From assembly GCA_040954595.2 (NCBI GenBank), contig CM082579.2, forward strand, positions 5,941,625 through 6,005,624: 64,000 nt of DNA, given 5' to 3'. Position 1 is the stretch's first letter, and every line of letters starts with the position of its first letter. Below the pieces are notes generated by a model. That model ran no database searches. It saw only the letters and a program-made list of their open reading frames with translations, and had not been told where the DNA came from. This document shows, one piece after another, positions 1-14,087 of this stretch. Made by a program: the position numbers and the translations under genes. The stretch is from Balanoglossus misakiensis. Its lineage: Eukaryota; Animalia; Hemichordata.

Positions 1-1625
1 TCAAAGGCCCCCTACAGGTTGAGCCTGGATACAGACCTCTGAAATCAGTAATGTACCAGTCCTGAGTTACAAAAGAAGAACAATCAACTAACACCTGCTA
101 TGTATGACACACAGAGCCTGGGACACAGACCACACTGAAATCAGTAATACCGATTCTCTCAGCCCTGACATTATAAGCCCACTGACACATGTAATTTTCA
201 TGGCAAGAAGACCACAAGTGTGTGAAATGTCCATGTGTGATTAAAGAAGAGCCTGAATTCTACCCTTCCAGGTGTATGTATTTGTAACAAAGCAGGCACC
301 AGAGTGCTTCATGAGGGCACGACATGTCGGCCGGGTTCTATGTAATTCTCATCAGGAATATTCTGTGTGTGTATGCGAAAATGCATCTTTTCTAAAGTTG
401 GTTCATGCCAACAAGTCTTGCATTCTCTGCTGCCAGCCCCCGGGTACATGCATGAGTGAGAAATACCTTGATTACTACAATTAAGGGCCTAATTTTATGT
501 CTGAGTGTTGACACAACACATTTAGAAATAACCCCCCACCCGGCATCAAGTATGTGGTGCCATCAGCATACAGGTTCTTTAAATCTCTGAATATTGTGAT
601 CAAGACATTTCTCATTGTCAGTTGGTTTTTCGTTTAACACTTGCCTTTAACTAAAGTCTAAAAAAAGGTATGTCGGAACAAGGTCACAGTTTTTTTTTTT
701 CTCCAGCAAAAGATGGAAACAGTTTACAAGCAGGACGCATGAATGCTTCTTAGTCATTTGCCATTAACAGCAACTGAGGCAAACTATGTTGATTGGTTGG
801 TTGATTCAGGGAACCGGGTGATCGGGTCGATTTGGTGATCCAGCCACTGATGATTGGTAAGTGGTGGTAGTGGGGATGTTCTGGTCACTGCTGATACATT
901 ACATACATGCTTTGCACCAACAGCATGATGCACCACCCTGCTATAGTTGACGAAAAGGTCAAAGGTTAAAAGGACATAAATAATCGCCCCAAAAACACCT
1001 GTGGTTTCATCCTTTTGTGGGGGGAAACATTTTTCAAGGTTCTCGCACCAGACATCTGAATTCAACGGCGGTGCTTTTTGCAAGGCATTCCAGAAGTGTG
1101 GTGAAGTGGGTGACATTGTGTGTGTGTGATACCGGCAAGAGAAATGCTTCGACGACATCGACTTTTCGTTGAAAGCAGAGAAGACAACATGTGCGCAACA
1201 CAAACAAACCCATGATAAATATATCAGCATAAATCGATCAAGGGTGTCAGTAGGGTGATATTGATATACACCATCTGAAAGATGTGCCCATCCATCTATA
1301 CCCACCCAACCATCTGTACAATGTATATACATGGATGAATGCATGTATTCACAGATAGGTTTGCAAACTCTGGTATAGACATATAGACACACACACCCAA
1401 ACCGGGTTAATTGCATGGGTACATCTTGGCAGAACTATAATCACAGATGCAGAAATCATAAAAGGGAGGGGAGAGGGGGACGAGAGAAAGAGGTAGGGGC
1501 AAATAGGCAGACAGAGAGATCTGTCGAGATAAACACAGAATAGAGACAATCAAACATTGAGGAGAACAAGTTACTGGTAGAATGATATACACTGATTTAA
1601 CAGCAACGAAATAATTTCTTTAAAG

Positions 1626-1741
1626 AGACAGACAGACAACAGACAGACAGTGGGATGGAGACAGCCTGTCTTTTCAAGTAGACAACACTGGAAAATTGAT
1701 GTTGCAGCCAGCCAGCCAGTCAGTCAGTCAGACAGACAGAA
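1626..1741 (+). repeat. Degenerate tetranucleotide repeats (GACA/GCCA/GTCA)n
   Basis: gacagacagacaacagacagacag and gccagccagccagtcagtcagtcagacagacaga are visible. Confidence 0.7.
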
Positions 1742-3738
1742 AGTATGTAGATGCAAGCACCAACAAGCAAAACACAGTTCAGCAGACAAATTCTTTCCCC
1801 TGCATTACATACATCTGTCACAAAGTCCATCATTAGAAACAAGGTCATGATAGAAATCAAATGACTAGAATAAAAGGGGGCAGGCATCCAATACAATCAA
1901 AACACTGTATAGAAGAAAAGCCTGTGTTACATGTATCAACATAAGTTTCATTGTGAATTAACCATCACTGTGACTGTGAGATTCCTACATGTACGCTGCA
2001 GTCAAGCTTTATGGCTGCATACCTCTGTTCCTATCAAATTTGCATAAATGGAATGGTACCGGTACATCCCATATTCACATTTAAATGTACATATTGGTGT
2101 CTCTATGTGCATCATTGTGGTGTACCAGTAAGTTTGTTTCCTATATATTTTTTTAGATCTGTGTCATTATAAATAGAACAATTACTTGTGATGGGGAAAA
2201 AACAAATTAACTACCGGAAATTATATTAAAAAGCACATGCTGGGATTCGATCAGCTAGTGCAATGCTGATCCTCTTCACACAGACTAGGCACACTTCAGC
2301 AATAGTAACTCATGTCTGTATTTATAATCAAGCAGTTCTTGAAATTGTGTATTTGCATCACCCACGAGTTTAATCATTAACTGCCTTGATTGATTTCCTG
2401 AAATACTGGCGTCTCTCCAGTAGTTTTTTTTCTCTACTTAATAAACCAAACACTCCCTTGGCAAAGGTTAACTTAAAATGTCATCAGGAACCAAAACAGT
2501 ACACAAATGAAAATAACACAGATATAAAAGACACTGGTGTTATTCTGCCCTGAATTTGACAAGGCGAGGCAGTCTAAAGCCTCTTCTTTTGTTTGGTGTG
2601 ATAGACACCTGTTAATGTTGAAACACAGCCCAGTCATTCTGACAAACTCTGAACAGAACAGTTTTGTGGTACAAGGAGGATGACGGACGATAACCGTCAT
2701 TGTCATTTTAGCCCCTGTGCTGTCCCCTGTGTCTACTACATTTACCTAACTCCAATTGTGTCATTTTTGCATCAGCAATAAAAACCTGCTTCTCATGACA
2801 TTTCAGTTGATACAAAAATTACCATGTATGAATATTCATGACAATGGCCCATAGTAATATGTAGAGGGCGCTCTTCACTGCTGAAATCACATTGCTCCAA
2901 CATACACTGCGATACATATATTTTTCATCCTCACTATGAAAGTGAGAAAATGTACTGATTCCATTAAAGTGCAAAGATCAGGGGCATCAACGTGACAGCT
3001 TGCTACCCCCTGGAGCGTTTCTCCATCTTATCTCTGACTAACCCTCCAGAAACCTCTGACCTCCGACCTCTCATCACACGGGCAACGGTTTTCTCCAAAG
3101 ACTATGCGCCACTGTGCGGTGAATTAAACATCAGACGAGTACCGATGCACCTAACTTCATCACTCGATCGATCTGTAGAGTTATTCGCTACGACGAATTA
3201 AACATTTACAGGGCACGGGTAAAAAATGAACACGTTGGCTCGCATTTCAAACAGGCACCCGACAGAGTCGAGCTGATGTGTAATATTTCAGATTTAAATT
3301 AACAAACACGTTTTGCTAAAAGGACTTAAATAATACATATTGCCCGCACCTGTCTATGTTGACACTCAGCATTCAAAATGTGTTCATCGCATAAAATATT
3401 GATGCCGCCTGTCAGTGACGGCACAGTTCGCGTGTTAAAACGATTCCTTGTTAATTTTTAACGTTCGCCGTTCGATTTAAATATGATTTGTTTCTACACA
3501 ACCTCTGAATGTAATATAAACCATTTCCAGTTTCTGTCATAAAAAGTTAAAATCTGTGTAAAAATACCCTCAGTATTCAGTGTACGTGTGTTGAAATTGT
3601 AAATTATGTATTTCAGTTACTTTTTTCCTGAGAAATATTGCAAATAAAGACTTGTAGAACATGCATGGCTCATCTGTGTTTTCACCTGACTATAAAGCCA
3701 TTATGTTCTTTGCAACTTACACTGGAAGTTAATCTCTT

Positions 3739-4073
3739 TTATTCATTGTACTTCTCTGGGAGTGGTCTGTGGAAGAGTTTATAGAAAGCACCTTTATACA
3801 CAGACTTCAGTTCATCGACACCGATGTCCACTTTATCAAAACCTTCTTGAAGTCCGTACACCGCCAATCTGCATAGTCTGGTTGTTATAGGGGACGCATC
3901 TCCACGGCGGGCCAAGTCACGGACGTCCATCCACTGGGCAGCCGACAGCTCATCTTGACACATGCGGATGTCAAAGGTCAAGGGTCGCAGCCGGCAGATG
4001 ACGTAGATATCGGAGTTGCCGAACGCGTTCGGGTGGTTGTGCTGCTGCCGGAACGACAGGACCGATTTGAATT
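3739..4073 (-). CDS. NUDT6: NUDT6 terminal coding exon 5 (EFKSVLSFRQQHNHPNAFGNSDIYVICRLRP...YKLFHRPLPEKYNE*)
   Basis: Acceptor ctctcttcccccgacag|, phase 1, stop TAA at 3741-3739. Strongly resembles the human NUDT6 C-terminus. The five exons sum to 972 nt (323 aa plus stop). Confidence 0.96.
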
Positions 4074-7000
4074 CTGTCGGGGGAAGAGAGACAGACCCGG
4101 TCAGGGGGGAAATTGAACGGGAAATGGGAAAATTATCTGTGTCGGGATTATCTCATCAGCAGGCTTTGGCTGTTGTCAGGGGCTTCTGTTCATGAATGTT
4201 TTGATCTAGGTACAGTTTTTCTCTTTCTTGGGGCACTATGGCATACATTCATGAACCACAAAACACTCCACTGAGATTTTTGTGCGCTTCCTTTGATGCA
4301 GACCTTATCACAACTGGAACAGATCGTATCAATTTGACAAACTCACTCCTGTTCCTCGTATCTGCAATTCTACAATAGGCACAATAGTCAAAATAGATAA
4401 CACACAGACACACTCACGCAGAAGCTTGATATCGTATCATGTCGCGCTTTAAAAAGCACAAAGCATTGAAATATCCCGATAGGTGTGTTAAGAATGCACA
4501 CTGCATTTTAAAATGATGCAGTGGCTGTATCTCAATATCTTACTGCTTGAGATGACAAAGGCAGTCAGATAACAGCCGTTGCCATGCCAACATAAGAAAG
4601 GCCATTGATTTTGGTATCAGTGAACTCAGCAATTCGCGATTAAATCGCAATTATATGCAAAATATCAAGGTCAATACTTTGTTGGTCCCTGGCTACATGT
4701 GCCTTGCTAAAAACTGTGCATGGCTGTCTATTTTTAGTGTCTGTATCTCTTTGGTACTGTGAGGTACATCAGCATAATAGTATTGCAGGGAGTCGATCAT
4801 GCTGGTTGCATGTGGATGGCCATGATAGAAGAGTCTCCAGTGTGTATTACATCATGTGTACGACAAAAGTCAGTGGTGACTGTATGTACCTCTAATTTAA
4901 CTTGGCCAGCTGTTTTACCTCAGTGACTCCAATCCCCTCCCATCAACTCGCTGGAATTCCTTCGCATAGCTGAATGCCAGCGTCCCAAAAACCTGCAGAT
5001 TTTGTAAACGAAGCATATCAAAACAAGTCCACTCACTGAAATCTAAAATTAGCAGACTGCTTTCTGTTCTGTAATTTTCCCTTCTTTTTTTCAGGATTGA
5101 GTTGAAGCTACGAGAGGCCTGCAATTCACACCTAGGTTGGGCAGGAAGCACATGGCTGACTATATGTCCACACGTCCACAGTAGTTGTGTAGTCACACCG
5201 CGAATCTTGAGTTTGAGTGTTTATTTGATCGGCACCCCTGACATTCTCAGAAAGCTTGACAATGCATGTCTGTGTTTATACTTGCGATGAGTGTCTTCAA
5301 TAAATGTCCTTCAACAGGTGGATATAGTTTTAAGGCAAAGGCCAGTTCATGGCTAAAAAATTATTTGCACTAGAAATTGAAAAAAAAATGTGTGTACACT
5401 GTCAAGAGCCTCGGGGGCTAAGATAGATCTCTGTTGTAGGCCAGAGTACTGCGGGTATCAAATAATGTAAGCCGGATGATCACACAATGATCTGTGCAGG
5501 CCAAGGTTTGCACTCTTTCGAGTGTCCACTCAACATCGATAACCAAACCTCAGATTTTTTTCTCTCTCTCTCTCACAGCATCAGTCATTCCAGCTAATCA
5601 GTGTTACAACTGTCAGAACTCGAAATATGCAGTGGCACAGCTGGAAGACGTTCAAACTACAAAGGTCACTTCAGGTCACTACACTCTAGGCTCTTGAGGG
5701 GGTAGGTCATGTATACATTTGGTGGACCGCCCAAAAGACAAAAACCGCCACTTTCTCACTAGCAGGACAGGACTGTTTGGAACCGCGCATTCCGATGGCA
5801 GTTGAGTTTTCCATCATACTACGCCCTACACAATGTGTTTATCAGGACGATATAATTCACTTCTTTTTTTTTATTATTTAGTCTAAGAACATAATCCAAA
5901 TTTATGGGCTACTAAGTGACTCTAATACGAAACATTATGAGTGTAATACTGAGAAATATGACAGCTTCTTGTTGGAGAGAATTGAAACTGCAATGGTTTG
6001 CTTGCATTTCATCCAGGTGGGCAAATATTAAAGATGAGGGCTGCTGAGAGAAACTGCATACCTGCATTCATTATTTCCTATTTGTCACTGTGTAATGCCT
6101 TGAAAAATACAGTCATCATTAAATCAATATTTTCATTTGCAATATAAATTATAATAGACACTTTATCAAAATCGAAGTTGAAATCTGCAAATATTCAGAG
6201 CTCTCATGAAATTCCTTATAAGGCAGTACTGAACAGTAACGACTTGAATTTGAGGTAAAATCAACATTTTTTCCCAAACGATGTTACTTTTGATCACAAT
6301 CAAAGCCACACAACAAATTCAAGAATCTGGCACACTAGCAGTGATCAAGAAAGTTGCTTGAATAAAACCCCAAAATATGATAGGAATTTTACGGGATTTG
6401 GCATCCGACATGACAGACTTGACTTCACTCCACCTTTGACCCCTTGCTGAACGCCAAAAGACAAAAAACTCTTTCAGCAGTGCAGAAGTACTGAATCTTT
6501 TATCTCCATAAATTACATCTAGGTATTCTAGATAAGGAAGGGCGATAACATTCAAGCAAAGTTACAATGAAGTGCATTCAGGATTCTTCAAATCACAAAA
6601 TAGAAATATAAATGACAGTCCAATGACCTGCGTCTGACACGTACCTGAAAAATTACACCTTAAAGAGGTTTTTATTGCAGTGTACAGTGCATCAGCTGCT
6701 GTATTTATGCAATAAAATACTCTAGTTTTAGGCTGGCATTTAATATGCTGGTTCATGAATAGACGAATATCCACATCAACATATTTCTATGGCCTGATTC
6801 ACTCGAGCCTTCATTCCGAGAGATGGTTCGCCTACAGTACCTCATTAATTTCCTGAGATAAACTACCCTCCAGTGTATGTATGTATGTATGTATGCAAAC
6901 TCACGACTCGATAGCGATCTCGACAATTCTACAGGAATGAGCGCGCATACATGGATCTGATTTTCGTCCGCAGATTCCCAGCTCCCTATTTAACGCACAG

Positions 7001-7562
7001 CTGGTTCTCGGTGAAAGTTCTGACACATTACAGCAATAAACACACCGCTCAGTTTATGTTCTACTTTCAGTGGTTCACTGCATTCAGTGGGTGGGGTTCA
7101 CGTCAGACATTTTACATTTTGCACAGGTGGCAATTTTTTTACGCTGGCTCAAAATAAGCGATGTGGACACCTTATGTCAGAATGGAACCAGACTTAGCTT
7201 GGTTCGGGTAGAATGTGGGGTTTAGGTCCGGCCTAAAATTTGCACCAAATTAAAATGGTGGTGTGGACATGTTAGGCCGGCTGCATGGCCATCGTCCCAA
7301 TGTAAGCTCTTGTGATTTTAGGCATTGAACAAGACATTGTTCATTAGACCAACTCTGAATCAGACACTCAGACTTCAACTGTTGAAAAGACAAATGAAAT
7401 CATCAGAGAAGATTTTATATAACCAGTGACCAGAACCTAGCCTGACTAGACTGTACATATTATGTGAATAACTCTTATGCCTGACCAGAATAACTATTTC
7501 AGATGTTTCACATCAATTATCATGGCATAAATCTCCCTATGGCTATCTATCTATCAGCTCAC

Positions 7563-7662
7563 CTGACTGGATTCCGGTCTCCTCAAAGACTTCCCTGACA
7601 GCCGTGTCCGCGATATCTTCACCGGGATCAGACAATCCACCAGGAAATTTCCAGCCTGCTAT
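7563..7662 (-). CDS. NUDT6: NUDT6 coding exon 4 containing the Nudix box ([33 protein letters not shown])
   Basis: Exact GX5EX7REUXEEXGU signature. Acceptor aacacag|, donor CAG|GTGAGC, phase 0-1. Confidence 0.97.
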
Positions 7663-8100
7663 CTGTGTTGGCAAGATGAAACAAGAGGGATATATGTTCT
7701 GGAGTTGATTACATGATGGCTGTGATGCAATGATGGTGCGACTGTGATAAGCTTGGGTCACAGATGTTTTGTAACTGTTTTGGTAATAACAAAGTTGTTC
7801 TCAAATCTTTTTTTTTCAACCATTTTTCACCACACAGCAGAAAATAATTGATTGTGGTTTTAAAGAATCAAATATATAACCGCAACTGTGGATGATCAAA
7901 AATGAATCAATATGAAATTATAAGATATGACACGGCCTGTCCAACCATGCCACAGATAAATGCTATGATATTGATTTCTAGATTGAAATTGAAGATTATT
8001 CTGAAGGCGACAAACAACATCTTCCTTGCCTCTTATCAATCATTTTCTAGCAACAGATCAAACTTTTCAGTTGCATGTTTTGAAATGTGTAAATACATAC

Positions 8101-8156
8101 TGTGATATTATCTTGCACCATCAACACTTGGCCAGTATCTTCGTTCAAAACACAAC
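8101..8156 (-). CDS. NUDT6: NUDT6 coding exon 3 (GCVLNEDTGQVLMVQDNIT)
   Basis: 56-bp exon missed by the ORF track. Acceptor tctttcgtag|, donor |GTATGT, phase 1-0. Resembles human GAVFDESTRKILVVQD. Confidence 0.92.
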
Positions 8157-11100
8157 CTACGAAAGAATTCATTCATAACATTATAGTACCCTTTTCGACA
8201 GACCTGGGGGGGGGGGGGGGGTATTTAAAACATTTTTAAGACATTTTCTTCATCACAATAATAAAAGGACATGGTAAAATCTGCAACAAGACTGTACACA
8301 AAAACTGTACCTATAATAATCAATAAAATATATGTTAGTTATGTCGGAAAGAATGTTTTTGTCATAAAAACAAAAGAAATATACCGTACAACAGTACATT
8401 TGTCCCTGAACAAGTTTCACAACAATGTTCTATTGTTCAGGAACAGAATGTGGGTGTACCCCACCGAGCGAATCTTATAATTTAATGTATCAATGTGTAC
8501 AAATGGTTCAAAATGGTCCATGTGGGTCTTATAGTTGAGCACGGTACCATGAACTATAAACGTATATCACATTCTAGCTCAATCATTTTGGCTGGATAGA
8601 AGGGTGAAGCACCTGTTGCTCCTAATCCCCAGTGGACCATTAGAGGGGTGTGCTTGGTCCTATACTGGTACAACCCGGGATTTATACCTTCCACCAGACA
8701 AATTGTCCCAACCTTTCGATAATCACACTGTCAGGTACATGTAGTGACATACATGAAAGAATTCAACCAATATAAAAGTCACAGGGGTTAATTACTGTTA
8801 CACTACCGATTATTGATTATCGTTCAAATGATTTATTCACTACAGTTTAATAGGCACAGAATTCTTCCTATATTTTTGAAGATACCACCAGTCATAGTAT
8901 ACAAGAAAATCAATATCAAATTCAGAATAACTATTGGTGTACTTTTTTTTTTCTCTTGGGTCGTACCGTTCGTGTCCTTGGCGTGAAGCATGACTAGCAG
9001 GGGTGTCAGACATGGAGATATGTGTAACATGTTGAAACATGGCCGATTACGTGCGTCATTTCCTGACTCGACCACAAGAGTTCCCACACTGGTTTCAATG
9101 CTCTCGTTTCATCTCACGCAGAGTGTTAAATAATATCATCGGTTAAGAATGAAAGACGCGTACACCAAAAAAAGTACATTTCAACTTGCAGATTTCAACT
9201 TCCTTACAAGTGCGATAAATTTGACTGTTTTTGAGAAGTACTTGTTTGACAATTTTTTGTTTAACTCTGCAAAATGTAAACGAGGCTGGCAATGAAGTTC
9301 TAAGCTATTGTCACATTGTTACTTAACTGTTGACGAGCTTAGAAAATGCTCAACTAATATGTATGGATAAATCTTTAACGATGTGATTGAATCTTTAACA
9401 TTGAGATATGGTTTATTACAGTGTAGTGTGCCGTCTCTCAAGGAGAGAGAGAGCCAGTGTCCAGCTTTCTTTACTCAGTCAGGGGTTACATGGGTGAGAC
9501 CATACCCTGTTGTTGAGCTGAAATGCTGGAAGGCATCTCTAAAATGCTCAGTGAACTGGGTGAATCTTTGAAAAAAAGGAGTGGTTGTTAACTCTATGCA
9601 AGGTGTGCAAGAGACCTAATTTGGACGTGTATTCAAACACAGGGGGGCATTTCTGTGCGTGCGTATATATACACAGACACAGAGGTCTGTCTGTCTGTCA
9701 ACCTGGAGGGCTATAGCCGGGGTGATGGTGCGTACAATGCAGTCATTGGGCGGACTGCAAACAAGCCAATTTGCAGCAAATGAGAAGATAATTTGACTGT
9801 GCACAAATGGGAGTAGTGTTTTGTGCCGGAGCATTGTTGAAGCTGATGATGGCCCGCGAGAATATGACCACCTTGAGCCGAGATGATGCTTAAGGACCCT
9901 GCCGATTATAAATACAGGGCGCATAATTGGTAGCTTCGCTGTGGGCAACGAGTGGAGGAGAAGGATGACCACCACTCAAACGGGACCCGCGCGATGACCG
10001 CCGCAAACAATGCACCCACTGTGTTAAAAGCTACACTTCATAACACGGTGGCCTTTGACTGTGGCTGAAAAAATAAAACAGTGTAACTATTGAGTGAGGA
10101 GCAAACCCCCCCCCCTCTCTCCGCCTTGATACACTAGTTTGTCACCTGTCACCCGACACGCACATGATCAATCATTCCCTCAAAAGCACTCCTCCATAAT
10201 TTCCACCTGCCCTTCAGATGACCCCTGATGTGCCAAATAATTCTCGGTAACCCACAACACACTGAGTATATATATTATTTCTGTTGAAAGGTGACACAAA
10301 AATGAAACCCACTGCTCGGATCAAGTTCAATGTACACACATATATCACATTATTAGCATAAGATACCGAATATTATCTTCGTCCAAAATCTCCATGTTGA
10401 GCTTTTTGAAAAGATTTTGCAATAACGCACGGTATCAACTGGTGCATGTAAAGATGGCCGGTCGCGTCGGCTAAGGACCCAGATGAGAGAAGCCATTATT
10501 TCTTGTTTATGCGTGTTAGTACATGGCATATTAGAAGTCAAAGTACTGCTCCCTCTCTGTGAGACCTCCACACACTTGCTGTTCACACACACAGGTATCT
10601 CATATTTCAGAAACTCAGAGGTGTGTCCACTCGCCTCTCATCAGTGCGCAACAAAAGACGTCAAGTGGGGGTGTTTTTTTAAGATGAGAATCAGTCTCAT
10701 TAAAAGTAAAGTCTCTTGTGTTCGGACTTTTTGTTCTCACTTCAAATGTAAAAAGCTGGGTGGATAAGTGACCTGGCCACATGCCAGTTCTGTTCATGAT
10801 ATTTTTTTCTGAAAAAAAGCAAATTAGAAACTCTTGCGAAAAATTTACAAGTTTGAACTCAGTTAGGGAGTTTCTAAGGAATCGATCATCTGTCTACCTT
10901 AAAATTTACCCACAAATTGACTACATATGTATGTCCTTAAACTGTGGATAAATCAGTTCAGGAATATCTCAGACTCGGTGATGTCTCTGTGAAAAATTTT
11001 GTACCAACATGGCCAACTTTTGGCCATATTGGATCACATCACCACACAAAAGACAATGCATCTATGTTTTGGTGAAGTGTTCTCATACCAACTGTAAATG

Positions 11101-11160
11101 ACACTGGTCCAGGCAAGTCTGAATAATGTAACTCCAGATATGCCAACAAACCAATCATAC

Positions 11161-11367
11161 CTGCCACTCCGACTTGATGCGTCGCATAGAGCGGTACCCT
11201 GTTTGTCCTGTCGTCTGGCAACCACTTGCATAACGTCACTGTGTCTCCCTGAGTGTGGTGAAATGTGAAACCCTGCTGAGCTGCCATTGGTATCAGGGCA
11301 CTTTGCATGATGGGAAATTTCAGCCATATTGCTTTCTTCCCAGTTGCCTTCCACTGATGGAGGGAAT
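11161..11367 (-). CDS. NUDT6: NUDT6 coding exon 2 (DSLHQWKATGKKAIWLKFPIMQSALIPMAAQQGFTFHH...LYATHQVGVA)
   Basis: Acceptor ttttgcag|, donor CAG|GTATGA, 207 bp, phase 1-1. Matches the pre-Nudix domain motifs WL.IP, GF.FHH and P.YA.HQVGVAG. Confidence 0.95.
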
Positions 11368-14087
11368 CTGCAAAATGGTAAAAGAAACCACAATGGAAAA
11401 TGGCACAAAACTACAAAGTGTTACATATCTGAAATATCTTTGAATGAAATCTTTATCTTTTAATTTTCAGATTAAAGTGGGTAATTTCTTGCTCTTGGGA
11501 ATTTTCATCTCATACATTGTACAAGCTGTCCTGTTGATGCACTCTTTTAACTTGGAGATATGTGCATGGGGATGGGGATGGGGGTGGGGTTTGTGGTATC
11601 AAAGTATACTGCCAGGTGAAGTAGTGGGGTGAACTCCTAGCCTCGGGGGGTGGGGGGTCTATCCACGGCCACACAATCCGTGTCGCGGTCAGACTTGGGT
11701 ATTGATAATGACCATGCACTGCTGTACCCTCATAGTGAATATTTCTTGAAATTTGGGAATGAAATCTCATGCGACAATGGCATGCCACAATGACTTACTG
11801 GTTACACCGACAACTTATTATTTTTGAAACAGTTATCTTTAAAATCTATTCAGTTGTACAAGATATGTGATTCTGATAGCGGAAAAATTATGAAGCATGT
11901 ATGTACATGAGAGGTAATTCATTATATAGACATGTACGGTACAATAAATTCCACTTATAATAGTATGCATGTTTATGCCTACCGCTGGGTGTCATGATTG
12001 ACCCATGGGATCATTTTTCTGTGATGGGAAATATTTGGTAGGTCAGAGATCAAAAGAATTCATGTGGCAGCCATGACAACTAAAATTGAACAGAAAAATT
12101 GTTTTGCTTTGTTTAAATATTGGAATGCAACACAGAATAGGTGCACACTATGGTAATTTTTGGACGGGACGAGGTATATTTTTAATAATTGGTAAATACT
12201 TTAGACCACCAGCAAAAAAATGGTTTGGTAAAGTTTCCTGGGTTTTCAATGACTAAATCCAGTCAAGTGGCTATTGTTTTATTCATCTTTCAGTTCCCAA
12301 TTAAAATTCCCAATATGAAATATGTTGATCCGGTGTATCTACAACATGCTGAACATTATAATCACTTCCCACGCTTAATGTTTACAATTCGCTAAATGGA
12401 ATTTCATTCAGCAGATTGTTTCGGCATATTGGTGAGCAAATAAAGGGTGTGTTAGCTGTAAAGGTGGTCCCCAGGTGAATGTTACTGAGAGTGTGGTCCA
12501 GCTATTTACGGTACTCCTTGATAACTTCCTGGTATGAAATTCATCCCACTCAAAAGTTTTCTTTATTCTGGTTGCAGGTGAATAAGAAGCAGCTTATGCC
12601 ATGTCTTTGAGCTTAACAAGTCAGTTTATGATTTTAGAAGCAAACTTAAACATGAATGTGAGTACAACCATGGTAGTCCCATACTTGCAGTAGGAGAAAT
12701 AAATATTTTTACTGGTCGAACCCGCTCCTTTAAAAAAACAATGCAGTTTTATTTTCAAAAAATAATTAATCATTATGTAAGAGAATGTAACATATTGAAT
12801 TCAGCTCAACGATACAACAGAATACCTGCACATATTGTTATAATGTCACAGATACCCATTAATAGACCGACTTAACCACTCAAAGTTATATTTAGACAAG
12901 GTTGTGTTACTATTTTTCTAACCAGGGGTTTAGGTTCCCCTTTCTAGTACAATTTGTTTTGCTTTGAGAGAGAACCTATTTACAAGGGGTATATGCAATA
13001 GATTTCCAAACTATCACTTTTGTTTTCACTGCAACAATTATTTTCGCCCGGTATTGTTGTACGTTCCTGTAACTGTTTTCGTTGATCTTGAGGTTCGTTT
13101 TATGTTTCCTCATTACATAGTATTTCAAGCTAATACAATGTGTAAGTGTAAACCGCACTTGTAGTCGGGAGATGGGGTGGCCTGGCGACTGAGGAGAAAC
13201 GACAATCCTGAATTTCAACCGGAGACCACAGCAAACTATCACACTTCCATGCATGGAAGTTTATACTTGTATTTTACCACCTTTAGTTAGATTCCTGGCA
13301 GTCTCTTTTCAGACACTGATATACGGAACAGGAATGGAGGATATATAGTACTCTCTGTCCATAGGTCACATTTTGTACCACACACACACTGAACCAATAA
13401 ACATATATACACCCACACACAACAAAGAAGACCGACCAACATGAGGAAGAGAACAATATCATTGTATAATGGGCACTTACAATAGTCTACATGGAAAAAT
13501 ACTGGCACGTGTAGCTTATCCCCTGGGACACTATACAATGCACACAGTATAAAAGCTCACATTGTTATTTTTGCCCAGTTTATTATATTTATTTATTGGT
13601 TTATTTCATCTCAAATTTATTTATGGTGTTGGTCACATGAAATAGAATCCTGCCTACTTAGCCAAGTGGGTGGACTACACAATCATGCATTGTTACAGTT
13701 CTAGGCTTATACTGATGACTTTATGAACTATAGGACGATCATTAAAAATATGTGACGTTCTGTGACAAATATATTAAGTGGGAGGCTCTGGCACAGTTTA
13801 TTGTTTTGAAGAGACAATATATTGCCTTTGACCACCACAAGGAATATATCTTTTGGCCAACTGAATTATACCCAGTTGGTTGTTTCATTTCCTACTTTGG
13901 CCACATGCTGGCGCTCTTTTAACTAAAGTTGGATTCCCACAATCCAAACTAAACTACATGTACTCAGTTATAGCAGCTTAAGTTTATTTATGAATGTGCT
14001 AAAATGTACGTTGGTATAACAACTTAGAATAATCTGGCAGGTTGGTATAGGGAGGAGTAGCCTGGTCTCCATACCAAGTGTGTTTAA

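Noticed and set aside
9840-9890. C/D-box snoRNA candidate (TGATGA) in NUDT6 intron 2
   Set aside because: It is on the strand opposite the host gene and lacks a properly placed CTGA box with a terminal stem.
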